A stretch of 64,000 bases of DNA from Candidatus Bathyarchaeota archaeon (GTDB lineage Archaea > Thermoproteota > Bathyarchaeia > Bathyarchaeales > Bathycorpusculaceae), in assembly GCA_963782525.1 (NCBI GenBank), contig CAWAKC010000007.1:32001-96000 (forward strand). Reading direction: 5' to 3'. The position numbers and the translations under genes are program-made. Below are positions 28,260 through 38,066 of the stretch, piece after piece. The notes beneath the pieces are model-generated. The model was given only the letters and a program-made list of their open reading frames with translations, was not told where the DNA came from and ran no database searches. The stretch's first letter is position 1. Each line of letters begins with the position of its first letter.

Positions 28260-28931
28260 ATGAAAGTTGTTGCTTCATGGAGCGGCGGCAAAGACAGCTG
28301 CTACGCACAATACCTCGCAACTCAGCAAGGCCACCAAGTAATGAACCTGTTCACTATGATGATGAGCGAGGAAAAATCTAACTTCCACATGATACCTTCT
28401 GCCATCCTCGATGCGCAGGCCGAAGCTATTGGGATTCCGTTGATTAAAAAAACCACCAGTCCACAGAACTATGAGAAGGATTTCAAAGCAGTCCTTTTAG
28501 AGTGCAAGACAAAGGGGATGCAGGGCTTGGTTACAGGTGACATCTATGAGGTTGCTGGGCACGAGGAGGGCTGGCTTGGACGAGTATGCAAAGAAGTCGG
28601 CTTAACACCCGTCAAACCCCTATGGATGGGCGACACAAAACAGATTTACTTAAACTACCTCAAAACGGGGTTCAAAGCAACTGTTGTCCGCACCAAACTA
28701 GACTTACTCGACGTCGACTGGCTTGGACGAGTACTAGACCGCAAATTCTACGATGAAATCCTAAACCTCGGCAACGTTGACCCATGCGGTGAAGGCGGCG
28801 AATACCACACTGTCGTAACAGACGGACCCACCTTCAAGAAGAAGATTGAAATCCAAGAAGCACAAAAGCATAAACTGGATGGCGGTTTTGGATACTTGGA
28901 AATCAAAAAGTGGAAAGCCGCCCCTAAGTAA
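28260..28931 (+). CDS. PP-loop ATPase of the DUF71/COG2102 (diphthine-ammonia ligase-like) family
   Basis: SWSGGKDS, VTGDI, PLW, DPCGEGGEYHTVVTDGP. Confidence 0.9.
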   Translation: MKVVASWSGGKDSCYAQYLATQQGHQVMNLFTMMMSEEKSNFHMIPSAILDAQAEAIGIPLIKKTTSPQNYEKDFKAVLLECKTKGMQGLVTGDIYEVAGHEEGWLGRVCKEVGLTPVKPLWMGDTKQIYLNYLKTGFKATVVRTKLDLLDVDWLGRVLDRKFYDEILNLGNVDPCGEGGEYHTVVTDGPTFKKKIEIQEAQKHKLDGGFGYLEIKKWKAAPK

Positions 28932-28941
28932 GTGAAACATT

Positions 28942-30030
28942 ATGGACGTACTAATTGCGAATAACGCGCTTAAAGCAAAAGCTTTCCTTGACGAAATCGA
29001 AAGCAAGAAGCCCCTCTTCATAGCCACCATAGCAACCACAGAAACCGGAAAAATCCCAGGGTTGTCTGCGGCAGGGGCAAACCCTGATTTCACCGATTTC
29101 ACGCCTCCTGCAGATGCCGAGCTACTTTTGCTTGGCAAATGTAAATCAATCCAAGGCGTCCCAATCACACCCGACGGAATTCCGACACCTGGCTTGATTA
29201 CCATGTCAGCGCTGCATTTAGCCGACATACCCGTGCTGGTTGTAAACGGAGGAGTAAAGGTTAAGCCACAAATTCCCTACGTTGATTTAGGGGGCAACTC
29301 TGGGCGCGACATACGCACCGGCAACTCGGTTGATAATGTGGAAGAAGTAATCGAACACGCTAAGATTTTAGGTGAACAACTAGCTAAAGCGTCGGATTAC
29401 CTGGTTATCGGAGAGAGTATTCCGGGGGGCACCACAACGGCGCTCGGTGTATTGTCGGCTTTGGGCGTAAATGCACAGGGTAAAGTAAGCAGCACCCTCC
29501 CCGAAAACCCCCACAACTTAAAAGCGGAGGTGGTTGCGGCTGGTCTAAAAGCGGCAGGTGAAAAATTCGGAAGCCTAAAGGGCAACCCCATAAAAGCGGT
29601 TTCCTGTGTTGGCGACCCAATGATGGCGGCAATGGCTGGTTTAGCCATCGGTGGTGCTCGGCAGGGCCCTGTTCTGATGGCTGGTGGCACCCAAATGACC
29701 GCGGTCTTAGCAGTAATCAACGCTTTGAGTCCTGAATCTCTCTGCAACGTCGCCATCGGCACAACGCGGTGGGTTGCAAAAGACGTAAAATCCGATATCT
29801 GCGGTATAGTTAATCAATTCTGTGAGGTTCCGATTTTAGCGGCTGACTTAGACTTCGGACCCTCAAAATATCCGGGCTTACGAATCTATGAAACTGGACT
29901 AGTCAAAGAAGGCGTCGGAGCAGGTGGAGCGTCAATCGCTGCCATGGCAAAGACAGGCGGTGCAGTCACGAAGGATATACTTCTTAAGGAAATAGAACGT
30001 AACTATGCTCTACTGATGAGCAAAAAGTGA
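28942..30030 (+). CDS. cobT: Archaeal nicotinate-nucleotide:DMB phosphoribosyltransferase
   Basis: IPGLSAAGA, TPPADAE, GESIPGGTTTA, VGDPM, AGGTQM, VKEGVGAGG. Confidence 0.9.
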   Translation: MDVLIANNALKAKAFLDEIESKKPLFIATIATTETGKIPGLSAAGANPDFTDFTPPADAELLLLGKCKSIQGVPITPDGIPTPGLITMSALHLADIPVLVVNGGVKVKPQIPYVDLGGNSGRDIRTGNSVDNVEEVIEHAKILGEQLAKASDYLVIGESIPGGTTTALGVLSALGVNAQGKVSSTLPENPHNLKAEVVAAGLKAAGEKFGSLKGNPIKAVSCVGDPMMAAMAGLAIGGARQGPVLMAGGTQMTAVLAVINALSPESLCNVAIGTTRWVAKDVKSDICGIVNQFCEVPILAADLDFGPSKYPGLRIYETGLVKEGVGAGGASIAAMAKTGGAVTKDILLKEIERNYALLMSKK

Positions 30031-30037
30031 CATTGTC

Positions 30038-30820
30038 TTGGTCGTTAAACAACTAAAAAACCTCCTATCCTTCTTAACCGTCTTTCCAGTCGCTATGGAC
30101 AAAGACCTGCTTACGGATTGTGCCCAGAACATGTGGGCTTTTCCCCTAATCGGCGCATTCCTTGGCTTGTTAGCGGGTGTTTTCGGTTGGGTAGCGTTAC
30201 AGTTTTTGCCCAGCCTCGTCGTCGGCGCCTTGGCGTTGGCGTTGCTTCTTTGGATGACTGGTTTGCATCATACTGATGGGTTGCTGGATTTTGGCGATGG
30301 CATCATGGTCCACGGTTCATTCGAGAAAAAAATCGAGGTTATGCATGACCAGTTGACAGGCGCAGGAGCGATCGGCTTAACACTTATGACTTACATAATT
30401 ACCGCTTTCGCGTTTGCCGAATTGGGTATAAGACTATTTTATGGAAGTTTTGCTGTTCCCCTGATTTTCCCTGCCTTAATCGTAATAGAATTATGTGCAA
30501 AATTATCCATGGTTGTTGTTGCTTGGGCGGGCAAGTCCGTGCATGAAGGCATGAACTCAGCTTTTCTGGCAGCGATGCGGGGTGGCAAAGGCAACTTACG
30601 GTTGATTGTGGCTTTGGCGATTTCTCTTGTAATTGCTGTACTGCTTCTCGGTTGGGCAGGCATCTTTGCCATTTTGGCGGCGGTGCTAACAGGCTTTGTT
30701 ATGGTGGGAATTGCCCACAAAAACTTTAACGGTGTTACCGGCGACGTGTTTGGCGCGACTAATGAGTTGTCGCGGATGGTTTGTGTGGTTGTTTTGTTGG
30801 CGGCGATTGCATGGGTGTAG
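30038..30820 (+). CDS. cobS: Adenosylcobinamide-GDP ribazoletransferase (cobalamin synthase), copy 1
   Basis: SFLTVFP, FPLIG, TGLHHTDGLLDFGDG, GVTGDVFGATNE. Confidence 0.92.
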   Translation: MVVKQLKNLLSFLTVFPVAMDKDLLTDCAQNMWAFPLIGAFLGLLAGVFGWVALQFLPSLVVGALALALLLWMTGLHHTDGLLDFGDGIMVHGSFEKKIEVMHDQLTGAGAIGLTLMTYIITAFAFAELGIRLFYGSFAVPLIFPALIVIELCAKLSMVVVAWAGKSVHEGMNSAFLAAMRGGKGNLRLIVALAISLVIAVLLLGWAGIFAILAAVLTGFVMVGIAHKNFNGVTGDVFGATNELSRMVCVVVLLAAIAWV

Positions 30821-31425
30821 TTGCGCTGGTTATGGCTGGCGGCAAGGGCACACGCATGAAACTCGCTGAAGAAAAGCCATTGATTAAAGTCTGCAGGAAA
30901 CCCGTTATCGAATATGTCCTTGCGGCGTTGAAAGAGGCTAAAAAAATCGACAAAGTCATCGTTGCCACAACCTACTGGACACCAAAAACCACAGCCCTCA
31001 TGCGTAAACTTGGCGTGGAAGTAATCGAAACCCCGGGCAAAGATTACGTTTCTGACATGGGCTATGTCGTTCAAACCCTCAAACTTGGCGTTTTCTTAGC
31101 CGTCGCGGCTGACTTGCCATTGGTTAGGGGTGAAATGATAGATGCCGTCGTGGAACGCTATGAACACTGCGGAAAACCAGCCTTAACTGTGGCAGTCCCT
31201 CTGGAAATTAAGGCAAAGTTGGGCATGTGCATTGAATACTCCTTCAAAGAGGACAGCCGCGAAGTTGTTCCCGTTGGCATAAACGTCATTGATGGAACCA
31301 AACGCTATGGCGACGAATGGCTCGACCAAGATATCTTCCTAATGAATAACGAAGAATTAGCCGTAAACATAAACACGGTACAGGAACTCCAACTTGCAGA
31401 ACGATTGCTATCTAGTAAAAAATGA
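30811..31425 (+). CDS. cobY: Adenosylcobinamide-phosphate guanylyltransferase, copy 1
   Basis: ALVMAGGKGTRM...EKPL, GKDYVSDM, ADLPL, PVGINVI, NINT; ATG 30811. Confidence 0.88.
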   Translation: MGVVALVMAGGKGTRMKLAEEKPLIKVCRKPVIEYVLAALKEAKKIDKVIVATTYWTPKTTALMRKLGVEVIETPGKDYVSDMGYVVQTLKLGVFLAVAADLPLVRGEMIDAVVERYEHCGKPALTVAVPLEIKAKLGMCIEYSFKEDSREVVPVGINVIDGTKRYGDEWLDQDIFLMNNEELAVNINTVQELQLAERLLSSKK

Positions 31426-31977
31426 CCTATCGCTCTCTGCGACCGCTCCTTAATTATAAACACAAAATCTCAACATACGAATAAGCTGAAAACGCCAATT
31501 CGTATCTATATCCCCTCAATCGTTTTCTACATGGATTTGCTATTTGGATCCTGATGTCGCCTATCAGGTTGATGATCAACAAAGAAATCAGTATTGTATT
31601 TGAGTTTAGCTTGGTAGATGCAACTGTTGATTTGCAGAATCGCGTTGCAGCAGCATCAGCAGCAGCAACTTCTCGGGTGCCCCTCGCAACTTTTTGATTC
31701 TGATTGTTGTTGCAACTGCTCTGCAGAATGCAGGTGCAATAACAACAACTTCTCTTCAAAATTTACCCGTTACTGGCACCCCACAACACAAAGCCACAAC
31801 AACGACGACTTAAGAACCCACACGAATAGACCAATTCCTATCAACGTGCAAACTACAAACCAATATTCAACATATTAATAATCAAGAAAACACCATACCA
31901 ACTGCGCCCTTAGAAATATGTGACATCCCGTTTAGTTTCTGAAATGAGTTTCTATAGATCAAAATAGGTTTGTACTT

Positions 31978-32859
31978 TTAGGGTTCATGTTTATGATGCT
32001 TGCTTTCCAGAACCTCGCTAAGAGTTCGCTTCATTTTTCTTGCGTCCACATCCAGAATCGGCGACTCACAAATCATCGTTGGATGCAGCTCAAAATCGAC
32101 AATAACTTCGGCGAGCATGCGGAATTCTGGGCCGTATCGTTCTTCGTCGAGGGTGTGGTGGCGTTTTTCGCCTTGGTTGCTGAATTCGATTTTTGAGAAG
32201 TGGCAGTGCATGCTTCGGAGGGTTTCGGTGCCTAGTGTTTGTTCGATTTTTTCTGCGATGTCTTTGAAGTCTTCGACTTTTTTCAGGGTTCCCAAGTGAA
32301 GAGCGTGTAAGTGTCCCCAGTCGACGACCAGTTGTGTGCCCTCGACTTCCTGATTGATAGTCAGGATTTCGTCTAAGGTGCCGACTTGAAATTTTCTGCC
32401 CATCGTTTCAGGTCCAAGTTTCACTTTCAAACCCAACGATTTCATTTCTGCGCTGACTTCTTTTAGTGCAGTTAGGGCGCTATTGAAGGCGAAGCTCTTT
32501 TCTAATTTGCCGTAGAACCCTGTGTGGAAAACCACGACGTATGCTCCCATCCAGTCGGCGGCGGTGGCGCAGGCGATTAATCGGCGTTTGCTTGCTTCCA
32601 CAACTTCTTTTTTGCCTGAGAAGTTGATGAAGTAGGATCCGTGCATGCTGAGTTTAACGTCGTTTCTGCGGCATTCCTCCCCGAGCTTTATTGCGTCACC
32701 CTGGTTTATCTGGGGCTTTGGACCCCACCGGGAAGCTTGGTACTCAAAAGCGTCTAACCCTTCCTCATGCAAAAGTTTTGGCACGTCTACTGTGGTTGCG
32801 CCCATTAACCTAAACATTGGCGGAACGCCTGCTGGACCAAAACGAGTATGATCAGTCAT
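31978..32859 (-). CDS. Endonuclease IV-like TIM-barrel protein
   Basis: RFGPAG, HGSYFIN, VFHTGFY, PETMG, DWGHLHA, HCHFS, ICESP. Confidence 0.88.
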   Translation of the reverse strand: MTDHTRFGPAGVPPMFRLMGATTVDVPKLLHEEGLDAFEYQASRWGPKPQINQGDAIKLGEECRRNDVKLSMHGSYFINFSGKKEVVEASKRRLIACATAADWMGAYVVVFHTGFYGKLEKSFAFNSALTALKEVSAEMKSLGLKVKLGPETMGRKFQVGTLDEILTINQEVEGTQLVVDWGHLHALHLGTLKKVEDFKDIAEKIEQTLGTETLRSMHCHFSKIEFSNQGEKRHHTLDEERYGPEFRMLAEVIVDFELHPTMICESPILDVDARKMKRTLSEVLESKHHKHEP

Positions 32860-32927
32860 CAGAGTCTTCTCTTGTTTTTAGGGGTTGGTTTGTTTGCATT
32901 AAGGCTTTCTATCCAAAGGACGATGGC

Positions 32928-33710
32928 TTAAAGTAAACTGGTAATGGTCGGAATCGACACATAAAAGTGGATATAAACAGCTACTACCAGAATCCCGATA
33001 GTAATCGCCAATAAGCCATAGTCGCCTTTGTGCAGTTTAAGCAGGTAGAGGTTGGTTCGTTTTTTTGTAGCTCCCCAAGCGCGGGACTCCATCGCTTCCG
33101 CAAGTTCCAGGCTTCGGCGTATGGCGCTAACAATAAGCGGGATAAGCACAGGCACGTAGTTTCTGATTCGTTTGAGTAAGCCGCCTTTCTCAAGCTCCAA
33201 CCCGCGGGCTTTTTGAGCATCCATAATTGTTTGGGCTTCTTCCGCCAGAACAGGTACAAAGCGCACTGCTGTTGTGAAGGCGAAAGCGAATTCGTAAGGC
33301 ACGCGAGATTCTTCAAGTGCTAAGCCTAAGTGGTCGGGCGAGGTAGTTAAGAAGAAAACTGAGAATGACTCAACAAGCACGACGAAACGCAGAGTCATTG
33401 CTGCTGCATTCTCGATGTTTGGAGCTATTAAATGATAGCCTGAAGTGAAATAGGTTGTTCCAACGTTTACAACAAAGATGAATATCGCTAAAAATGCTGC
33501 TCCACGCAGCGAACGCAGCCACTGCCGCTGCACACGCGCCAGTAGCACAAAGGGAAGTTGCATAAAGAACAGAATCAGCAATGGAATAATCTGGAAGAAT
33601 AGAATAGCCACAACAAAGATACCGATGACGTAAACAAATTTTATTCTCGGGTCTAAGTTGTGGATTGGAGAGGAGACTTTTCTGAACCTTAAACCGTCAA
33701 AAACGCTCAT
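32928..33710 (-). CDS. ecfT: ECF transporter transmembrane component T
   Basis: HNLDPRIK, RFVP, AQKARG, AMESRAW. Confidence 0.92.
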   Translation of the reverse strand: MSVFDGLRFRKVSSPIHNLDPRIKFVYVIGIFVVAILFFQIIPLLILFFMQLPFVLLARVQRQWLRSLRGAAFLAIFIFVVNVGTTYFTSGYHLIAPNIENAAAMTLRFVVLVESFSVFFLTTSPDHLGLALEESRVPYEFAFAFTTAVRFVPVLAEEAQTIMDAQKARGLELEKGGLLKRIRNYVPVLIPLIVSAIRRSLELAEAMESRAWGATKKRTNLYLLKLHKGDYGLLAITIGILVVAVYIHFYVSIPTITSLL

Positions 33711-33711
33711 T

Positions 33712-34533
33712 TCAGCGTTGTCTCTCCTTAGCTTCTAGAATTATTTGTTTGGCTTCGTAAATGTCAATAACGTCCTTTGGGAAACCCAGTGACTCCAACT
33801 TATTGAAAACTTGAGCGATTTGCGGTAGAACAATCGATGACAACTCAAGGAGTGCTGGGTTGGTGAGGATTTCTTTTCCTTCACCATCCGCCACAATTTT
33901 GCCCTCCTTCATCAATATCACGCGTGGATTACATTCTGCCACAAACTCCACATCGTGGGTAACGGTTACCACTGTTTTCTTTTGGGTCTGCATCTGCAGG
34001 ATGAATTGGCGCAGCTTCTCCTTCTGTTCGTGATCTTGCCCGATGGTGGGTTCATCTAAAATCAAAGTGGAGGGATCCCATGCCAGAACAGATGCTAACG
34101 CGACACGCTTGCGTTCGCCGCCGCTTAGCAGAAATGGTGAGGTTTTTCGGTATTGTGTTAATGATAAAAGGTTTAGAGCCCATGTAACTCGGTCTTCAAT
34201 GACTTCTGGTTTAAAACCGAAGTTTTTGAGCGCAAATGCAATTTCTTCTTCGACGGTTTCGCTGAATAGTTGGTGATCGGGGTTTTGGAAGACGAAGCCG
34301 ACATTTCGGGCTAAAGATGCAACGCTTGATTTAGTGGTTTCTACGCCGTCTATGAGAACTTTTCCCTGTGAAGGCTTGAGGAGCCCGTTGAAGTGTTTGA
34401 CAAGCGTTGATTTTCCTGCGCCGTTCTGTCCCATGATAGCTAGGAATTCGCCATCTTCGATTTTTATTGAGACGCCCTTTAAGGCTTCCACTTTGTTGGG
34501 GTAAGCGTAGCGTATGTCTTTGGCTTCAATCAC
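33712..34533 (-). CDS. ecfA2: ECF transporter ATPase (A')
   Basis: GQNGAGKST, FQNPDHQ, LSGGE, LDEPT. Confidence 0.92.
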   Translation of the reverse strand: MIEAKDIRYAYPNKVEALKGVSIKIEDGEFLAIMGQNGAGKSTLVKHFNGLLKPSQGKVLIDGVETTKSSVASLARNVGFVFQNPDHQLFSETVEEEIAFALKNFGFKPEVIEDRVTWALNLLSLTQYRKTSPFLLSGGERKRVALASVLAWDPSTLILDEPTIGQDHEQKEKLRQFILQMQTQKKTVVTVTHDVEFVAECNPRVILMKEGKIVADGEGKEILTNPALLELSSIVLPQIAQVFNKLESLGFPKDVIDIYEAKQIILEAKERQR

Positions 34534-35381
34534 TACTGCTTTAGCGCCTCCAACAGTTGGTCAGCTAACTCCTCAGAAGACAGAGGCGTTTTATCGGGTA
34601 GGTTTAAGCCTTCTTTTTTGAGCATTTGATAGAGCAGGGTGGCTTTGGGAATTCCTACGCCCATCAAGCGTGTTTCTTCGTTGCTGAGGATTTGCCGTGG
34701 ATCCCCTTCAAAACGCACCTTTCCCTCATCCATAACAATGAGGTGGTTGGTGTACTTCGCCGTCAAATCCAAACGATGTTCAACGAGGATAACGGTGATT
34801 CCCTGCTCCTTGTTTAGCTTGTAGATTACCTCAAAAATCTTCTCGGCACTTAGTGGGTCAAGAAAAGATGTTGGTTCATCCAAAACGATGACTTCGGGCT
34901 CCATAGCAAGCACAGATGCAATCGCTACACGCTGCTGTTGCCCTCCTGAGATTTCGTGGGGTGAACGTTCTCGTATGTCGTAGATGCCTGTTTGGTTAAG
35001 TGCCCAATCGACCTTTCGTCGCATTTCCTCGCGGGAAACGCCAACGTTTTCTAAGCCGAAGGCGACGTCCTTTTCGATGGATAATGCGAAAAGTTGGTTT
35101 TCGGGGTTCTGAAAAACCAAGCCAACGTGCTTTGCCATTTCGTAAGTGTGATGTTTTAGCGTGTCGATTCCTGCAACGGTGATTTCGCCTTTCAGTTCGC
35201 CCTGGTAGAAATGGGGAACGAGCCCGTTGAAGGTTCGGCATAATGTTGTTTTTCCGCAGCCGCTTGGACCCGTAATTAAAACAAACTCTCCCTTCGCCAC
35301 CTTGATCGAAACATCCACAATCGACGGTTTTGTGGCACCGGGGTATGTGTAGGTGAGGTTTTTTGTTTCAATTATAGCCAT
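34533..35381 (-). CDS. ecfA1: ECF transporter ATPase (A)
   Basis: GPSGCGKTT, FQNPENQ, ISGGQQQR, LDEPT. Confidence 0.92.
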   Translation of the reverse strand: MAIIETKNLTYTYPGATKPSIVDVSIKVAKGEFVLITGPSGCGKTTLCRTFNGLVPHFYQGELKGEITVAGIDTLKHHTYEMAKHVGLVFQNPENQLFALSIEKDVAFGLENVGVSREEMRRKVDWALNQTGIYDIRERSPHEISGGQQQRVAIASVLAMEPEVIVLDEPTSFLDPLSAEKIFEVIYKLNKEQGITVILVEHRLDLTAKYTNHLIVMDEGKVRFEGDPRQILSNEETRLMGVGIPKATLLYQMLKKEGLNLPDKTPLSSEELADQLLEALKQ

Positions 35382-35433
35382 GTTTTTTGTGCCTGCTCAC
35401 CTTAAGCGTGAGTGTTTGCTCATTTAAGCGTAG

Positions 35434-36429
35434 CTACGCTTTTTTGGCTATTTTCTGCTTTACAAGTAACAGGCATTGTTTGAGGGCTTGTTGGATTTCT
35501 CCCTTGCCGCTCACACCAGAAGCCATCGCGTGGCCTCCGCCGACTCCACCCAAGAACTCTCCAAGCGGTGCTGCGATGTCGGTTCCCAAGTGTACGCTTG
35601 CTAACTCGTTGAATTGCCTTGTGCAACGTAGGCTCAACTCGACTTTCCCACCTTTTTTGCCTGCCACAGCAGCCATATGTGCACCCAAATCCACAAGAGC
35701 TTTAGCTGCTGGAGCCTGATAAGCACTGACATGCGAAAGCGCGATAATCCAGCCTTCCACCTTCACAATTTTTGCGCGTTTGCAAGCCTTCAACTTCGCC
35801 ACGCGCTCCGAAGGATCAATAGGCATTGCAAACAACGCTAATGTTGGCTGGACATCTATCCCCGTTGCAACTAGTTTAGCGAGAATCTCAAAGGTCGGCG
35901 AATTAGCCAACGCAAAGTGTCGTGTGTCAAATGCGATACCCACGAAGAGGGCCTTAGCTTCGTTCAGGGTTGGTTCAACTTCTGCTTGACTGAAAAGCCT
36001 ATAGACTAATTCACAGTTTGCCGCTGCCTTCTCATCTACTACGCAGACTTTGCAGATTTGCATCGTTTCAGCGCTTGGGGCGTGGTGGTCGATGATAATT
36101 TTTGGTGCAGGCGACTTCTTTATTATATCTGCGACTTCGTCGAGTTGCTCGACGGTGTTCATGTCTAAGAGCACGATGACTTCTGCAGATTCGATGTTTG
36201 GTTTAAGGTTAACGGTTATGGGCAGGTGCTCGAAGAGTTGTTTAGCTGGTTTGTTGACGCCCTGTGGACAACCAATCTCAACAACAACATCGGGCAAAAA
36301 CCGCTTTAAAAGTCCTTGCAATGCATAAGCTGAACAAATCGCATCTGCATCAGCACTGCGATGACAGAGAAGCAGAACAAAGGAAGACCTTGTGTCTTCC
36401 AAAGTTTTGAGTATTTCTTTGAAGCTCAT
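35434..36429 (-). CDS. DHH/DHHA1 family phosphoesterase
   Basis: HRSADAD, IIDHH, FDT, SLR, GGGH motifs. Confidence 0.88.
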   Translation of the reverse strand: MSFKEILKTLEDTRSSFVLLLCHRSADADAICSAYALQGLLKRFLPDVVVEIGCPQGVNKPAKQLFEHLPITVNLKPNIESAEVIVLLDMNTVEQLDEVADIIKKSPAPKIIIDHHAPSAETMQICKVCVVDEKAAANCELVYRLFSQAEVEPTLNEAKALFVGIAFDTRHFALANSPTFEILAKLVATGIDVQPTLALFAMPIDPSERVAKLKACKRAKIVKVEGWIIALSHVSAYQAPAAKALVDLGAHMAAVAGKKGGKVELSLRCTRQFNELASVHLGTDIAAPLGEFLGGVGGGHAMASGVSGKGEIQQALKQCLLLVKQKIAKKA

Positions 36430-36722
36430 TTTATCTTTCTCAAAAAATTTTCCGTTGCTTTGTGAGCTTCACTGACTGCTTCTTTGACGAGAGCTTCTGC
36501 ATCTACATTTTTTGTTTGGGGCGATAAAACAAGGTTGATTTCAACTGTAACGTTAACTGGTTTGGAGCCGTCTGCTTCCACGCTGATGTCCAAGCGGTCA
36601 ATCTCCTTTTGCGGAATCTTTGAGAGAATGTATTTTCTGGCAGCTTGTTCAGATGTGGAACATAAAAGCTCGATTTGCTCTGTGGTTAGCTCTGGAAATC
36701 CGAGCTCACCCACAAGCATCAC
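36426..36722 (-). CDS. DUF3194-like conserved archaeal protein
   Basis: GFPELTTEQIE...AARKYILSK...LDISVE; lies between prefoldin beta and DHH. Confidence 0.65.
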   Translation of the reverse strand: MMLVGELGFPELTTEQIELLCSTSEQAARKYILSKIPQKEIDRLDISVEADGSKPVNVTVEINLVLSPQTKNVDAEALVKEAVSEAHKATENFLRKIK

Positions 36723-36724
36723 CC

Positions 36725-37099
36725 TTAAGATAGGGGTTGACCGGAGACTGGGCTTAGGTCTTCTTGAAGTTTCGTTTGTGCTTCTTTTACTTGGCTGCGT
36801 ATGCGTTCTTCTTGTCTGGCCATAACTGTGCTTCGGGTGTCCAAGAGCGATTTGCGTTCGGCTAGTTCCTCGTTAATTTTGGCTTTGTCTGCTTTAACCA
36901 ATAGTGATCCGATGGCTTTGTAAACCACTACATCGTCAGCGGTTTTAACCAATTCAGCAATGGTTTGGTCTACCTCGGTTTTTTCCATTTCAACCTGCTG
37001 CTTCTGTGCTAAGATTGATTGGAGGGTTTGTTGCAGTTGCTGTAACCTGAGAAGCCTTTCTTGAACGTTAGGCGGTAACTTTGAAATTTCGTCACTCAC
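36725..37099 (-). CDS. pfdB: Prefoldin subunit beta
   Basis: LPPNVQ...LQQLQQTLQ...QKQQVE, VYKAIGSLLVK. Confidence 0.93.
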   Translation of the reverse strand: MSDEISKLPPNVQERLLRLQQLQQTLQSILAQKQQVEMEKTEVDQTIAELVKTADDVVVYKAIGSLLVKADKAKINEELAERKSLLDTRSTVMARQEERIRSQVKEAQTKLQEDLSPVSGQPLS

Positions 37100-37376
37100 G
37101 TTTTATTCCTTCCGTACCAGCAATAAGATAAGCTCTTAATTAAGCATTTCCAACAAAAAAAGGAGATGGGAAAGCATGCTAAAAACCAACTCTTAACTGA
37201 AAGAAGAAGAAGTAACTGAAAATATCACTTTCTTCCTCTTCTCTTAGATAAGAAAAAATATTGTTTTTATATTTTGGATATGAATTTTTCCTTGGAAACC
37301 GTAAAACAAAAAAGCATGGTAACGACCCATTATTCATTCCATCTCCTTAGTCAGTACAATCTAGCAAGTAAGAAAA

Positions 37377-38066
37377 ATGAACACAAAAAGAAAGAGCATA
37401 ATTATCGTTCTCGTTGTAGTTCTATTAGTAGCTCTAAGCTTGACCGTTGTTTTTTCAGAAAATCTTGCAGCCCACTCTGTAAACGACCCCGGCAATAAGC
37501 TGGCGCGTGTTGCTTGCCTTGGCGACAGTATCACAAACATTACAGGGTACCCAGAGCAGCTTCAGTCTCTTCTAGGCAATGGTTCGGTAGTGGGTAATTT
37601 TGGGGTTAATGGGGCAACCGTGAATTTGAACAGCAACAACCCCTACTACTATGACCTAACTTACCGTGATGCCCGAAACTTTCTGCCAACTACAGTCATC
37701 ATAATGTTGGGAACTAACGATGCGCGGTCAGATAATTACCAAAAAATCAGCAACTTCACCACTAACTACGAAAGATTGCTAAATCGGACGCAACGGTTGA
37801 ATAGTACACAACAGATTTTTCTTGTCATTCCTCCGCCGATATTCAACAACACGCTCGACTTGAATTCTACAAGTTATGTGAATGGGGTAATTCCAAGAAT
37901 ACGACAGATTGCAAGCGACTTGGGTTTGCCGCTAATCGATGTTTATACGCCACTGATTGACCATCCTGAGTATTTCCCCGACGGCGTCCACCCCAACAGC
38001 CAAGGAGCCCAAATAATAGCCAACACCATCTACCAAGCCATAACCATAAACTCAAAGGATTCTTAA
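37377..38066 (+). CDS. Membrane-anchored/secreted SGNH (GDSL) hydrolase
   Basis: N-terminal TM/signal; GDSIT, GVNG, GTND, DGVHP catalytic blocks; many N-x-S/T sequons. Confidence 0.9.
   Translation: MNTKRKSIIIVLVVVLLVALSLTVVFSENLAAHSVNDPGNKLARVACLGDSITNITGYPEQLQSLLGNGSVVGNFGVNGATVNLNSNNPYYYDLTYRDARNFLPTTVIIMLGTNDARSDNYQKISNFTTNYERLLNRTQRLNSTQQIFLVIPPPIFNNTLDLNSTSYVNGVIPRIRQIASDLGLPLIDVYTPLIDHPEYFPDGVHPNSQGAQIIANTIYQAITINSKDS

Noticed and set aside
31618-31878. Gln/Cys/Asn-rich 86-aa ORF as a real protein or RiPP precursor
   Set aside because: Composition is explained by trinucleotide repeats; no modifying enzymes nearby.
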